From IMG/VR virus record IMGVR_UViG_3300038678_000291, positions 19,018 to 83,017 of that record: a stretch of 64,000 nt of DNA. One strand, given 5' to 3'. Each line of letters begins with the position of its first letter. Position 1 is the first letter of the stretch. The notes under the pieces were generated by a model. It was not told the origin of the DNA and did not search any database. It saw only the letters and a list, made by a program, of their open reading frames with translations. The stretch is from a virus. Both the position numbers and the translations under genes were made by a program. Of this stretch, positions 17,397-27,148 are shown piece by piece.

Positions 17397-17551
17397 ACCC
17401 TGGGGCATTATTAAGTAGTTTTTTTGTTGCTTCTGTATTTAGTGAGGAAAATACAGGAGTTGGGGCTGTGTCTGAAAGGGGTTGCCTGCAGAAAAGTTAT
17501 TCAAGAAAAACCACATTATCCAATAGAGAATTTCGATAAAAGGAAAGGGCT

Positions 17552-18046
17552 ATGCGCAAAATTAATAAGCTGATTTTACATTGTTCAGATTCCTCCTGGG
17601 GTAATGCTTTGGTAATTAATCAATGGCATTTAGCACGAGGGTGGCATGGCAGAGAATCTAAGATTTCTTGTGGTTATCATTTTATAGTTCAAAACGGATA
17701 TCCTTATTATTTGGAACACCAGAGTATTCTTGATGGTATGATAGAATCGGGCCGCCCAGTGAAAGAAATTGGGGCGCATGTTAGAGGGCACAATCAGAAC
17801 AGTATTGGTATTTGTCTTATTGGCAAGCCAGGACATTTTACACATAAACAACTAGGACATTCTTTGCGAGCATTGTTTTTATCTCTTCTGCAAGAATTTA
17901 ATTTATCTACAGCAGATATTTATGGACACTATGAGTTTGATTCAAAAAAAACCTGCCCAGGGTTGAACATGGATGCTTTTCGGTTATACATCGAGAACGG
18001 CGGAGAGGCTTTTTTGAGAGAGACGGTGGAGCTTACACCGATGTAA
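17552..18046 (+). CDS. N-acetylmuramoyl-L-alanine amidase endolysin (Amidase_2, T7 lysozyme-like)
   Basis: LILHCS, WH..RGW...GYH, IGAHVRGHNQNSIGICLIG, GHYE...KTCPG. Confidence 0.93.
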   Translation: MRKINKLILHCSDSSWGNALVINQWHLARGWHGRESKISCGYHFIVQNGYPYYLEHQSILDGMIESGRPVKEIGAHVRGHNQNSIGICLIGKPGHFTHKQLGHSLRALFLSLLQEFNLSTADIYGHYEFDSKKTCPGLNMDAFRLYIENGGEAFLRETVELTPM

Positions 18047-18158
18047 GGTGTTGGAATTATGAATTCTGTTTTTTTGGAACACCCTTTTAGTAAACGGAAT
18101 ATTGATATAGGATTGGTACTGTGGTGGCTTCATAGAACTAAAAAGAGGTGATAGGATT

Positions 18159-19082
18159 ATGATTAAAACACTTGCTATTCACGGAGGCGGAATTAGGGGG
18201 ATTATTCCAGCGGTAATATTAAATTGGATGGAAAAACATGTCGGTAAGCCAATTGCGGAAATATTTGATTTAGTCGCAGGCACTTCCACCGGTGGGATTC
18301 TAGGGGCAGCCTTAAGTATTGGGTTCACCGCCGAAGATATAATTGGGATGTACGAATATGAAGGAGAGCAAATTTTCCCTCAATCTGTATGGCGAAGTTT
18401 ACACACCATTGGCGGTGCCGCCGAGGAGAAATACCCGTCGGGAGGAATTGAGGCAGTGCTACAAAAGTATTTTGGTACCCACAAACTATCTGATGCCGAA
18501 ACAAATCTTATCATTCCCACCTATGACATAGAGCGCAGACGCCCAATTTTTTTCAAATCGTATAAAGAAAAATTTAAGACTATTTTGATGTGGCAAGTGG
18601 CTCGGGCTACCTCCGCAGCCCCCACATTTTTTGAACCGTACAAATGGTATATGCCCAACGGCGATTATTTTTCTCTTATAGACGGGGGGATGTTTGCTAA
18701 CAACCCGGCCATGTGCGCCTATGTAGAGGCATTGGCTGAGTTTGATGCAACTGATTATATGGTAGTCTCATTGGGTACTGGGTCAGCAACACAACCAATT
18801 CTACATGAAGACGCACAGGGTTGGGGGTTGGTTGGGTGGGCACCGCATATTCTTGATATTAACTTTGATGGCCAATCAGACACAGCAGACTATCAACTTA
18901 ATCGGCTTTTGCCATTGAATAGATTCTATAATTTTCAGCCCATGTTAGTTGGCGTAAATGAGGCAATGGATGATGCCAGCCCTGAGAACATCCGGGCATT
19001 GAAGCTGCTGGCCGAAAACTATATTGAAGACAATAAGTCAATGCTGGAGGCTCTTTGCGATATTCTGGCATATCAAGTTTAG
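18159..19082 (+). CDS. Patatin-like phospholipase
   Basis: GGGIRG oxyanion motif, GTSTG catalytic Ser, ATSAAPTFF, DGG..ANNP. Confidence 0.93.
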   Translation: MIKTLAIHGGGIRGIIPAVILNWMEKHVGKPIAEIFDLVAGTSTGGILGAALSIGFTAEDIIGMYEYEGEQIFPQSVWRSLHTIGGAAEEKYPSGGIEAVLQKYFGTHKLSDAETNLIIPTYDIERRRPIFFKSYKEKFKTILMWQVARATSAAPTFFEPYKWYMPNGDYFSLIDGGMFANNPAMCAYVEALAEFDATDYMVVSLGTGSATQPILHEDAQGWGLVGWAPHILDINFDGQSDTADYQLNRLLPLNRFYNFQPMLVGVNEAMDDASPENIRALKLLAENYIEDNKSMLEALCDILAYQV

Positions 19083-19097
19083 CGGAAAGGAGAGTGA

Positions 19098-19295
19098 GTG
19101 ATGGGAAAAACACTGATAATAATTTTGATTGCTTTTAGTTTAACGGGCTGCGCGTGGTGGAGTTTAGTCTCGCCCAGCCTGGAGTTGGCAGATGGTATTG
19201 AAGAGTTAAGCCAGCCGGCAGAGAAAACAGAGAAAAAGGAGACACAACACTATATTCTGGTTCCGATTAATGGCGGCGTGACGGAGGGTATTTAA
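19098..19295 (+). CDS. Small lipoprotein (possible spanin-like component)
   Basis: Signal peptide with lipobox SLTGC in the lysis module. Confidence 0.55.
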   Translation: MMGKTLIIILIAFSLTGCAWWSLVSPSLELADGIEELSQPAEKTEKKETQHYILVPINGGVTEGI

Positions 19296-19441
19296 ACGGA
19301 AGCGCACGCGCACCGCAGAACACGCGGAAAACTTTTGAGAAAACGGCCTGGCTGCGTTTGGCTAGAAATCAAATTGGAGGGCCGAACTGTTTTTTATTGC
19401 AATGATGAGTGCCAGGAAATTTATGAGCGGGGTAAGGGGAA

Positions 19442-19822
19442 ATGAAAAAGCTAGCCTGTCTAATTATGGCTTTTATCATGCTTAGCCCGGTCATTGCTAA
19501 TGCTGAAACTTATACCCCCTCCCCAGATATTGTGGTTACGAATGCCATGACAGACGAGAGTTCTGGCATGGGGGAGATGAAGTTCAGCTTGGACAACCCA
19601 ATCTGGACTGAACCCGAACCAAACGCAACCGAAAAGAAACAGACCCTTGTTGGCGGTGATGGCCAACATTGTATCTGGGCGATGTTTAGTGACCGGGCTG
19701 GTAATTGGACAGAGTCCCTGAGGGCCTGTGCCATCCTTGATTCTACAGCCCCAGGCGGAGACATACAAATACAGGGACCGGAGATAATAATTAACTTTGT
19801 TTCCGTAGAAAGCGGGGGATAA
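19442..19822 (+). CDS. Secreted beta-rich (Ig-like) protein
   Basis: Signal peptide ending ANA; FSDRAGNW...LDSTAP pattern. Confidence 0.5.
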   Translation: MKKLACLIMAFIMLSPVIANAETYTPSPDIVVTNAMTDESSGMGEMKFSLDNPIWTEPEPNATEKKQTLVGGDGQHCIWAMFSDRAGNWTESLRACAILDSTAPGGDIQIQGPEIIINFVSVESGG

Positions 19823-20009
19823 CATAAAAGGCCGCAAGCCTAGTCTCATCGGCATGTTGCTGATGGTCTTTATAAAAAATAAAGTAACGAGGATGGTGGT
19901 CGAGTCCGAAATCGTTGACCATCGCAAGGGTTACGGCAGCATTAGCTACGCCGGAAGATGCCGACCACCATCTGACATTTAACAGAGAAGGGAAAGGGGA
20001 TGGAAGGGC

Positions 20010-20621
20010 ATGAAAAAGTTAATTATTACTTTAAGTATTCTTTCCTGGCTCGTTGTTAACACGGCTTATGCCCAAGAGAAGCACCGGGAATGGTTGGGGG
20101 AAGTTGCTGTTTCAACTCGTTACTCCCTCTTCGAAAAAAGCATTGGAATAATGACCGGTCTTGGGTTGGGATTTTCGCTTCACGAGGGCGCCCACCGACT
20201 TCAAGCCGAAATAGAAAACGTAGATGTTTCCAATGAAAGCCTTACCTCTCTTAAGTTTAATGGCAACAACAGAGAAGAGAGAAACATTGCCTTAGCCGGC
20301 TTTATCCCAGGAATTGTTGGATCGGAAATTGTCCTGGGGGTAGACGCTATTCCCAAAGACAATTCTATCGTTATTGGGTTTATGTTGTGGAATATTTCAC
20401 ACCCATTGTTGTATATAATCAGACATGAGATTGTATACGATGACGGATATGGTGATTTGAAAACCGTTGAAGATTCTGGTTGGGATAGCAGATATGTAGA
20501 AGCTGGGCTTTTGGCTCACTCCCTCTTAAGCGCCTACCGACTTTATTCAAAAAAGGAGGTGCCTGTGTTTATTGGGGCGACTTATAATGAGATTGTAATT
20601 GGCGTGTGTGGGAGCTTTTAG
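20010..20621 (+). CDS. Exported/membrane protein with HExxH motif
   Basis: Signal peptide AYA; LHEGAH; later YGDL; hydrophobic segments. Confidence 0.5.
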   Translation: MKKLIITLSILSWLVVNTAYAQEKHREWLGEVAVSTRYSLFEKSIGIMTGLGLGFSLHEGAHRLQAEIENVDVSNESLTSLKFNGNNREERNIALAGFIPGIVGSEIVLGVDAIPKDNSIVIGFMLWNISHPLLYIIRHEIVYDDGYGDLKTVEDSGWDSRYVEAGLLAHSLLSAYRLYSKKEVPVFIGATYNEIVIGVCGSF

Positions 20622-20878
20622 TCTTGGCAGAATTTGAAGCTGAAATCAGAGACAGGTTAGGTAATATTGAAGGCAAGCTGAACCTTCTTGTGCCAGCCAT
20701 TCAAGAGATAAGAAAAGGCTTATATGGTGAAGTTGGCATTGATCCCCGTCTCAGAAAAGTAGAGGAAGTTCAGGCAAGCCAAAAAGGCTTTATCGCTTTC
20801 GCCGCCCTTATAGGCAGCTTTGTTGGCGGGCTAATGACCATAATAGCTCAATTTTGGTGGAGTAAGGGGGGTAGGTAA
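20606..20878 (+). CDS. Coiled-coil plus C-terminal TM protein (holin/XhlA-like)
   Basis: Single C-terminal TM after a coiled coil, in the lysis region. Confidence 0.45.
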   Translation: MWELLVLAEFEAEIRDRLGNIEGKLNLLVPAIQEIRKGLYGEVGIDPRLRKVEEVQASQKGFIAFAALIGSFVGGLMTIIAQFWWSKGGR

Positions 20879-21626
20879 GATTGAAACTAGAAATAATTAA
20901 AGTTGGTTATGTGAAAACCATTGACAGGAAGACTTATGTTTTGGAGCCTCCATGGAAACAAAAAAAATAAAGTTGGACTGGGAATGTATAGGAGCCAAGC
21001 CGTCAAGGTTGTTTCAAACAGAAGCAGAAGTTCGCAAGTTCAGGGCAGACCTAGAGGACGCCACAAGAGAAGCATTTAAGAAATACGCCCTAGCCAGACA
21101 GAAGGCGTGGGCAATGGCAGATCACATGATACTGGATTAGCGGTGAATATCACTGAAGTAAACTGCGGAGCTTGTGGCGGTAGTGGACATACCACGGCTG
21201 GAGTTTGTGAAACATGTTTGGGGTCGGGATATAGCTTTTTCCCTGGCGATGGGCTAATGGTGATAAAGAGGTTTCCTGTTTACTGGGTTGATGACTATGG
21301 GGAGGTTAGCGATGTCAATAGGTGAGGGCCGGGAGTTTGCGTTTGGGTTTACCACTGGCGGGATGGTAGTTTCGATGGGCCTGCTGGCATGGGATGCCCT
21401 TAGCATATGGTGGAACGAAAGAATAGCAAAGAAATCCAGGAACTTTAGCTAACACTTGAATCCCGGAGGGCAGGAGAATGATAAAGTTTTGGGTGTTTTT
21501 GGTAGGGATCGGGATAGGCATGGCAATATGGGCGGCACTGCCTAAAGTTTCGGAGCGAATATTTAGTTGGATGGACGAGACTGTGATTGTCGTTGCCCCC
21601 GAAGACAAAGCGGAGGAAATTGAGCA

Positions 21627-22001
21627 ATGTTTATGGGGGCAAGGACGATGACGCCGAAGCAAATAAAAAAAGAGCTAGTTCAGACTAGGGCATACTTTTC
21701 TCTTGGCCTGCCCCGATTATATGCAGACTATGAAGCTAAAATAACCGCAGTGGATAAGTTAGACGAAATGGTTGATTTTGTGGTTAGCTTTCTTAAGATT
21801 CCAAAAGAACGGATACAATTAGAATGGCGCCCTAGCATGGAGAGTGAATATCCAGATTCTATTTGGATTGAAGTCATTTTTGATACGGCAGAGGAAGCTA
21901 AAGTGATTCACGACGATACAGACATGGGGATAACTGGCCAGTTAGAGAAAAAATTCCCGATTGAGTCTCAAAGTGTTAGCCTTAACGCAGAGTTTAGGTA
22001 A
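21627..22001 (+). CDS. Hypothetical protein
   Basis: ORF with normal globular composition. Confidence 0.5.
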   Translation: MFMGARTMTPKQIKKELVQTRAYFSLGLPRLYADYEAKITAVDKLDEMVDFVVSFLKIPKERIQLEWRPSMESEYPDSIWIEVIFDTAEEAKVIHDDTDMGITGQLEKKFPIESQSVSLNAEFR

Positions 22002-22247
22002 CACGGAAACCATAACCAAAAAATTATCTGAGAAAAAATACGTTTCAAAAACTAGCCTTTGATTTATTCGCCTAACCCGGATTTGGCATATTCGGTTAAG
22101 ATTACTCGTTGGAAGCTAGCGAGAGTCTTAAATCCTTTACTCGCTTTTAGTAATTGGAGGCTTTCCCATAATTCTTTTGGGATTGTGACAAGAATGGTTT
22201 TATCCATGATATTCTCCTGGTTGTGTGGTGTAAAAATGAAACTTAAA

Positions 22248-22430
22248 TTATCTTACATACCCGTCCTGGCGCATGTAGAGGGAATCCTCAACTTGAAGAC
22301 ACCATCTGTCATCATAGTTTCCCAATTCATTAGGCAAATAACGTTTAACTGGCCTAGCCTTGCTCCAGCCCATCAATTGCTCAACCGCATCCAGCGCCGC
22401 TTGGCGGCTTGGATAAGTTTGGTGATCCAT
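22248..22430 (-). CDS. Small hypothetical protein, second leftward mini-operon
   Basis: RBS GGAGGG. Confidence 0.55.
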   Translation of the reverse strand: MDHQTYPSRQAALDAVEQLMGWSKARPVKRYLPNELGNYDDRWCLQVEDSLYMRQDGYVR

Positions 22431-22454
22431 GGTGCCCTCCGGAGTTTAGTTTGC

Positions 22455-22700
22455 CTACATGCTAAAATAGCCGCCACCCCATTCTTTATCAGCTTGCCCG
22501 TCAAACGGGCCAGTGAATTCCTTTATGGCTTCTGGCGTGGCCTGGCCCATGTTGCAGAAGACACCATTGCCGCTATCCTCATATATGTAGCCATCTTCGG
22601 TCATTATGTTGCCGCCACCAGCTCCAGGGTCATAAATACTACCACCAGCAAGCAGAATACCATCACAATCTCTCAGGTTCCAGTAGCACTGAGTTTTCAT
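22455..22700 (-). CDS. Small acidic hypothetical protein, second leftward mini-operon
   Basis: Probable start MKTQ after GGAGGG. Confidence 0.55.
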   Translation of the reverse strand: MKTQCYWNLRDCDGILLAGGSIYDPGAGGGNIMTEDGYIYEDSGNGVFCNMGQATPEAIKEFTGPFDGQADKEWGGGYFSM

Positions 22701-22729
22701 TTTCCCGCCCTCCATATTGATGTTAAGGA

Positions 22730-22951
22730 TTATGACCGAAACCACTCAATTCTTGGTCGGTCAGCGAAATATTGCTTTCTGACTATTTTCCCTAGTGCCA
22801 GCATTAAATCTACTGGGTCTATGTCGCCATACAACTCTATGTATTTTTGGCTGGAATGGTATGGCAGGGAATCAACCGCCTTTTCTACTTCAGACTTGGT
22901 TTTTGGGTTTTTTTCATTGAAAAGCTTTTCTGCAATTTCATTGATGTCCAT
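22730..22951 (-). CDS. Small hypothetical protein, second leftward mini-operon
   Basis: Probable start MDINE after AAGGA. Confidence 0.55.
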   Translation of the reverse strand: MDINEIAEKLFNEKNPKTKSEVEKAVDSLPYHSSQKYIELYGDIDPVDLMLALGKIVRKQYFADRPRIEWFRS

Positions 22952-22998
22952 TTCCTTTTCCTCCTTTGGTTTGTGGTTTGCTCTCTCCATCTGTTTAA

Positions 22999-23027
22999 AG
23001 TATACCAAAACGCTAATGTTTTGTCAA
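22999..23027 (-). promoter_or_regulatory. Strong leftward promoter, paralogous to 8744-8772
   Basis: TTGACA-17-TATACT with the same flanks and inverted repeat CAAAAC-gctaat-GTTTTG. Confidence 0.85.
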
Positions 23028-23101
23028 GCTTTTTTTAAAGAAATATGCAGGAAAAGTGCAATTATTTTTCCTTGTAACAAAATACTAGGATGCTGTAGCC
23101 A

Positions 23102-23770
23102 ATGTTAACCGCAACCATTGACCACAAAAGCAAGTCAGATATTCTTAAAGAAATTAGGGATGTTTCGGTAGGCGAACGACATACTTTTTTCTCAAATGGG
23201 ATCGTATCTGCGATTGATGTTTTGCGGGCATTAATGACCAATAGCGGCAATCAACAAACCGACATAATGATAGCCACTTGGCAGCTAGGTATACGGGATG
23301 CCGGAAATTTAGAAGTTCTTGCCAGAAGCGATAACATTAATCTCAAAATTTTGTTGGATGTTTCGTATAAAGATCGGAACCCACAATATTTTGAGCGTGT
23401 CAAGTCCAGCATGGGAAAGATAATTTGGCTCACATCGAATCATACAAAAGTTATGACAATTGGCGGGAAAAACAAGAAATTTACGGTATTATCGTCAGCT
23501 AATTTTAACAGGAACTTCAGGTTTGAATTTTTTGATATTACTGAATCAACAGAATTATATGACATGGTTTTACAAAATTATGAGCCATTTTTTCAGGGCA
23601 AGCCGATTAATGTTGATGTCAATAACAGGCCAGTCGTGAGGGATAGATTTAAGACTATTTTTATCTCTGACAATGAAAACAACAGGACTATTGAGACAAT
23701 TTTTGATAAAGATACCGTTTTGGATTTTGAACTTGAATTGCCCGAAATAGAGTGGGGGGAACTAAGGTGA
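23102..23770 (+). CDS. Phospholipase D-like (single HxK) domain protein
   Basis: IATW, NHTKV...LSSANFNRN.RFE. Confidence 0.65.
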   Translation: MLTATIDHKSKSDILKEIRDVSVGERHTFFSNGIVSAIDVLRALMTNSGNQQTDIMIATWQLGIRDAGNLEVLARSDNINLKILLDVSYKDRNPQYFERVKSSMGKIIWLTSNHTKVMTIGGKNKKFTVLSSANFNRNFRFEFFDITESTELYDMVLQNYEPFFQGKPINVDVNNRPVVRDRFKTIFISDNENNRTIETIFDKDTVLDFELELPEIEWGELR

Positions 23771-23777
23771 GTTTATT

Positions 23778-24356
23778 TTAGGGCTGTTTTTTTAATCTTT
23801 TATGTAAAAACGAATGGTAGGATTTGGAACAAATTAGCAGATTTGCTCGTCTGTTGTCGTGTTTGTTAAGATTTCTGTGGTGGACTATTTCGGGGGGTTT
23901 GAGGGGTCGGCCAAGAGTTTTTTCGGCAACCATTCTATGTAAAGCCCGTTTAGTTTCTTTGTCAATTAAATACTCTTTGTCGGGATAAGAACCAGGGGTT
24001 CTTGGGATATGCTTTATCAGTTTTGTCTGCTTCCAATTATTGGATAACGAGTAAGTATTGGAATATTGCCCATGTCCCCCTTTTGCTCTGGTAACTATTA
24101 TGAAGCCAACTCCTTCCAGTTCTTTTGTACCCTTAAGCCAAGAATGTGAAGATAATTTGCAGACCAATTTACTACGAGGGCATTTGATGTTTTTAGAATT
24201 ATATCCGGTGAAACTATATCGGATGTTAATATAAGAAAGTTGAGCAGATTTACTAAGATTATGCCACTGAGAAGATTTCAGGAGATTGCGGGGTATGGCA
24301 ATGAAGTTTTTGCCGAGATCGTTAAAATCAGATTTAACCGTTTTTTTGCGTCCCAT
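23778..24356 (-). CDS. Winged-helix-like domain fused to an HNH endonuclease
   Basis: N-terminal FIAIPRNLLKS..W..LS.SA; C-terminal LHRMVAEKTLGRPL...VHHRNLNKHDNRRANL...H..LH. Confidence 0.8.
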   Translation of the reverse strand: MGRKKTVKSDFNDLGKNFIAIPRNLLKSSQWHNLSKSAQLSYINIRYSFTGYNSKNIKCPRSKLVCKLSSHSWLKGTKELEGVGFIIVTRAKGGHGQYSNTYSLSNNWKQTKLIKHIPRTPGSYPDKEYLIDKETKRALHRMVAEKTLGRPLKPPEIVHHRNLNKHDNRRANLLICSKSYHSFLHKRLKKQP

Positions 24357-24987
24357 GATGCCCCTGAATCATCATGGTAAAGGAGGGCAGGAAGTTCAGG
24401 GCAACCCACCCTCCCGTACCAGTTTGCGGTCACTCTTTTGAGTTTCCGCTTATATTGTGCTATACTATAACAATGGACATGGAAAAGCAAGCTAAAACGG
24501 GAGGAGGTAAGTGGATGCCCGAAAAGTATGTCTTAAAGCCCCTTAAGGTGGATGTACGGCCCTATGGCCACAACTTGACAGTGGAACACTTAATGCCAGA
24601 TGGGAGTTTGCTTAGGGTTAGGCTTGGTGTGCCCCCCCCCGAATCATTTATGCCCACTCTACCAGTAAAAAACAATGTCTGAACTCTGCACAAACATTCA
24701 TGAAGAGCTTGGCATGAACAAGCCCAGTGATTACGAATATCGTTACGCTTTGTCTGGACAGCTTGAGAAATATAGACAGGAAGGATGGGAGCTAATAGCT
24801 TATGCTGGCCACGGAGTTGATCATGCGCCGGTATTATTCATAAGAAGGCGGCTTGGGTGGTATGCAAGGATAAAACGGTACCTAAATGCTTCTGCCAGGT
24901 ACCACTGATCACCGATTCGGGGAAATGTGCACAGTGTATTTGTTTTCTTAAATGCATGTCGGTAATTAAAGATAAGGCGAGCCGGAA

Positions 24988-25347
24988 ATGGCAAAAGCCC
25001 CCCATATGCGAAAACAGACAATAAACTTAATGGAATTAATATCAACCTTAGAACTGCCTGCCAGGTGCATGGATTGGGTTAAGCTGGATTACTGTGGAGC
25101 CTTGGCCGGTTTGCGGGAATTCAAGAAAATCATAGAAAACCAGCGGCGTGTATTGGCGCTTAAGTACCACCCGGATAAAGATGGTGGTAGCTTGGAGCGA
25201 ATGAAGATAATCAACGGAGCGATTGACTTTTTGCTGGCCCTGAGAATTCAATTACCACAGAGGCAGGTAGTTGTGTTCAGGTCGTTTAGGGGAGACGCTT
25301 CCAGCGTATCAACGAATTCAACCGCAACGAGCTCGGGATACTGGTAA
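24988..25347 (+). CDS. J-domain (DnaJ-like) protein
   Basis: RRVLALKYHPDKDGGSLERMKIINGA contains the HPD motif. Confidence 0.7.
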   Translation: MAKAPHMRKQTINLMELISTLELPARCMDWVKLDYCGALAGLREFKKIIENQRRVLALKYHPDKDGGSLERMKIINGAIDFLLALRIQLPQRQVVVFRSFRGDASSVSTNSTATSSGYW

Positions 25348-25363
25348 GGGAGATTGACTAGGT

Positions 25364-27148
25364 GTGGCTAAAAACAAATCAACAACACCGCAAATCGCCG
25401 CAGAGACGCAACCCGACAATCCCGCTATGCGGGAATTAATATTTGAATATGTTACAAATATTGACAATGTTCACCTTAAAACCGAGGCGATTGCTAAAGC
25501 GGTTGGTCTCCAGGACAGACAAACCAGGGAGTATCTCACCACTGAATTCTGGGAGGCCGTCCGGGATGAGCGGCGCAAAAGATATGCTAAGCACTCGGTT
25601 TTCGTAGATGAGGGGTTGGTTAGGAGTGCGGTTAAAGGCAATCCGGCTGCCGCCAAACTGTTTTATGAGAAATATGAAAAATGGAGCAGTGACAAGGAAG
25701 AGACCGACCCTCAGTCTGCTGGTTGGGTTGAGCGAGCAAAAGAGCAAGCACTCCATAATGTTACATATCATCGCAAAATACTTTACAATTCACCGTTGTA
25801 CCCTCCAGAAATTAAAGCTATTCAGCTTGTTGAAAAGCATATTGATCAAAAATCTGGCAAAATCATTACCATACGCAGTGCCCGTCAGACCATGAAAAAT
25901 GAGTGCTCGGCTATGATTGCAACCAGGGTGCTTGAACGATACAAAGACAAGGGAGGAACTTATATCCGTACCGCCCCTACATGGAAGCCGCAAATCATCA
26001 ACTCTAAGATGCGCCTGGAGAGGTTTTTGATGGCTGACCCTTTAATCCGGGATAACTATCGCCGCCGTGAGGGATTTATTTTTCAGTGCGGGCTTGCTCA
26101 AATACATTTTTTGTCTACTGATACCTCGGCCAAGGTGGTAGGAGATACTGCCGACATCTGCTTAGACATTGACGAGGCGCACAAAGTAGACAAGGGCAAA
26201 TTTGAGGAGGACTTTAGCCCCATGACGGCCTCCAGCAACGCTCCGGTGGTAATGTGGGGTGTTGCGGCGGATAAACAGGATTTGCTATATGAGTACCTAC
26301 AATTCAACCTGGAGCATAATCCCGGTTGCGTCCTCCAGTATCCGGCGAGCATCTGGTGTGAGCTGCTACCACAATATGCTAAGCATTATGAGGAGCGAGT
26401 GGCTAAGCTAGGGGCCGACCACCCGGTAATCCTAACTCAATACGACTTGATAGACGTGGACGCCATTGGGGGATATTTTACCAAGGCCCAGCAGACCAGC
26501 CTGCTCACCGGCGACCATGAGCAGTATTCAGCACCTAAAGACGGTAGAAGCTATGTTGTCACCATAGATATTGGTGGAGAGGCAGAGGAGGAGGAATCTG
26601 ACCCACTGGTGAAGGCCGAGGGAGCCAGGGACAGCACGGTGGCGCTTGTGTTTGAGGTTGACCACAAGGACGAGGTAAACGGTTACCCTATGTGTCGGCT
26701 GGTGGATATACACTGGTGGACTGGTAAGAGCCTGGGGGACGAGCCGAGCGGACTCCCCGGTCAGCAGACCATATTGCTGAAACTACTCAGGGCATGGCAA
26801 CCACATTATGTGGTAGTTGATGCGCGGGGGGTAGGGGAGCAGATTGCGAATTACCTTGACACTAACTGGGGCGTGGAAGCCTATAAGGCTTCGGCCCTTT
26901 CGGTAAGCGATGACTGTTATGGTTTGAAAGCCATGGTGAATAATGATAGAGTTAAGGTGTTCAGAGATGATCAGTCGCCGGAATATGCCGAACTGGCGAG
27001 ACAGATTAAGCATACCAGCTATGAGATAAGGCAACATGACCGAATGAGGATAATCAAGCCCCACGGCAAGGGGCACATTGATATGGTGAAGGCCATGACT
27101 TATTTGTATCAGGCTGCCTTGACAGGCGGTGCGCCGGAGATATATTGA
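25364..27148 (+). CDS. terL: Terminase large subunit with N-terminal small-terminase-like HTH
   Basis: Walker A-like SARQTMKNE, Walker B LDIDEAH, RNase H-like TIDIGG...VVVDARGVG...HIDMVKA; lies upstream of portal. Confidence 0.8.
   Translation: MAKNKSTTPQIAAETQPDNPAMRELIFEYVTNIDNVHLKTEAIAKAVGLQDRQTREYLTTEFWEAVRDERRKRYAKHSVFVDEGLVRSAVKGNPAAAKLFYEKYEKWSSDKEETDPQSAGWVERAKEQALHNVTYHRKILYNSPLYPPEIKAIQLVEKHIDQKSGKIITIRSARQTMKNECSAMIATRVLERYKDKGGTYIRTAPTWKPQIINSKMRLERFLMADPLIRDNYRRREGFIFQCGLAQIHFLSTDTSAKVVGDTADICLDIDEAHKVDKGKFEEDFSPMTASSNAPVVMWGVAADKQDLLYEYLQFNLEHNPGCVLQYPASIWCELLPQYAKHYEERVAKLGADHPVILTQYDLIDVDAIGGYFTKAQQTSLLTGDHEQYSAPKDGRSYVVTIDIGGEAEEEESDPLVKAEGARDSTVALVFEVDHKDEVNGYPMCRLVDIHWWTGKSLGDEPSGLPGQQTILLKLLRAWQPHYVVVDARGVGEQIANYLDTNWGVEAYKASALSVSDDCYGLKAMVNNDRVKVFRDDQSPEYAELARQIKHTSYEIRQHDRMRIIKPHGKGHIDMVKAMTYLYQAALTGGAPEIY

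Noticed and set aside
13300-17550. CRISPR array next to the csf genes
   Set aside because: No regularly spaced direct repeats found on either flank or elsewhere in the window by eye.
18159-19082. CBASS defence system
   Set aside because: No CD-NTase or cap2/cap3 genes recognised in the window.
19892-19972. c-di-GMP riboswitch or self-cleaving ribozyme
   Set aside because: Consensus core nucleotides could not be matched by eye.
22059-23108. 349-aa plus-strand ORF
   Set aside because: Shadow of three minus-strand genes that have good RBSs and a consensus promoter; no recognisable motifs.
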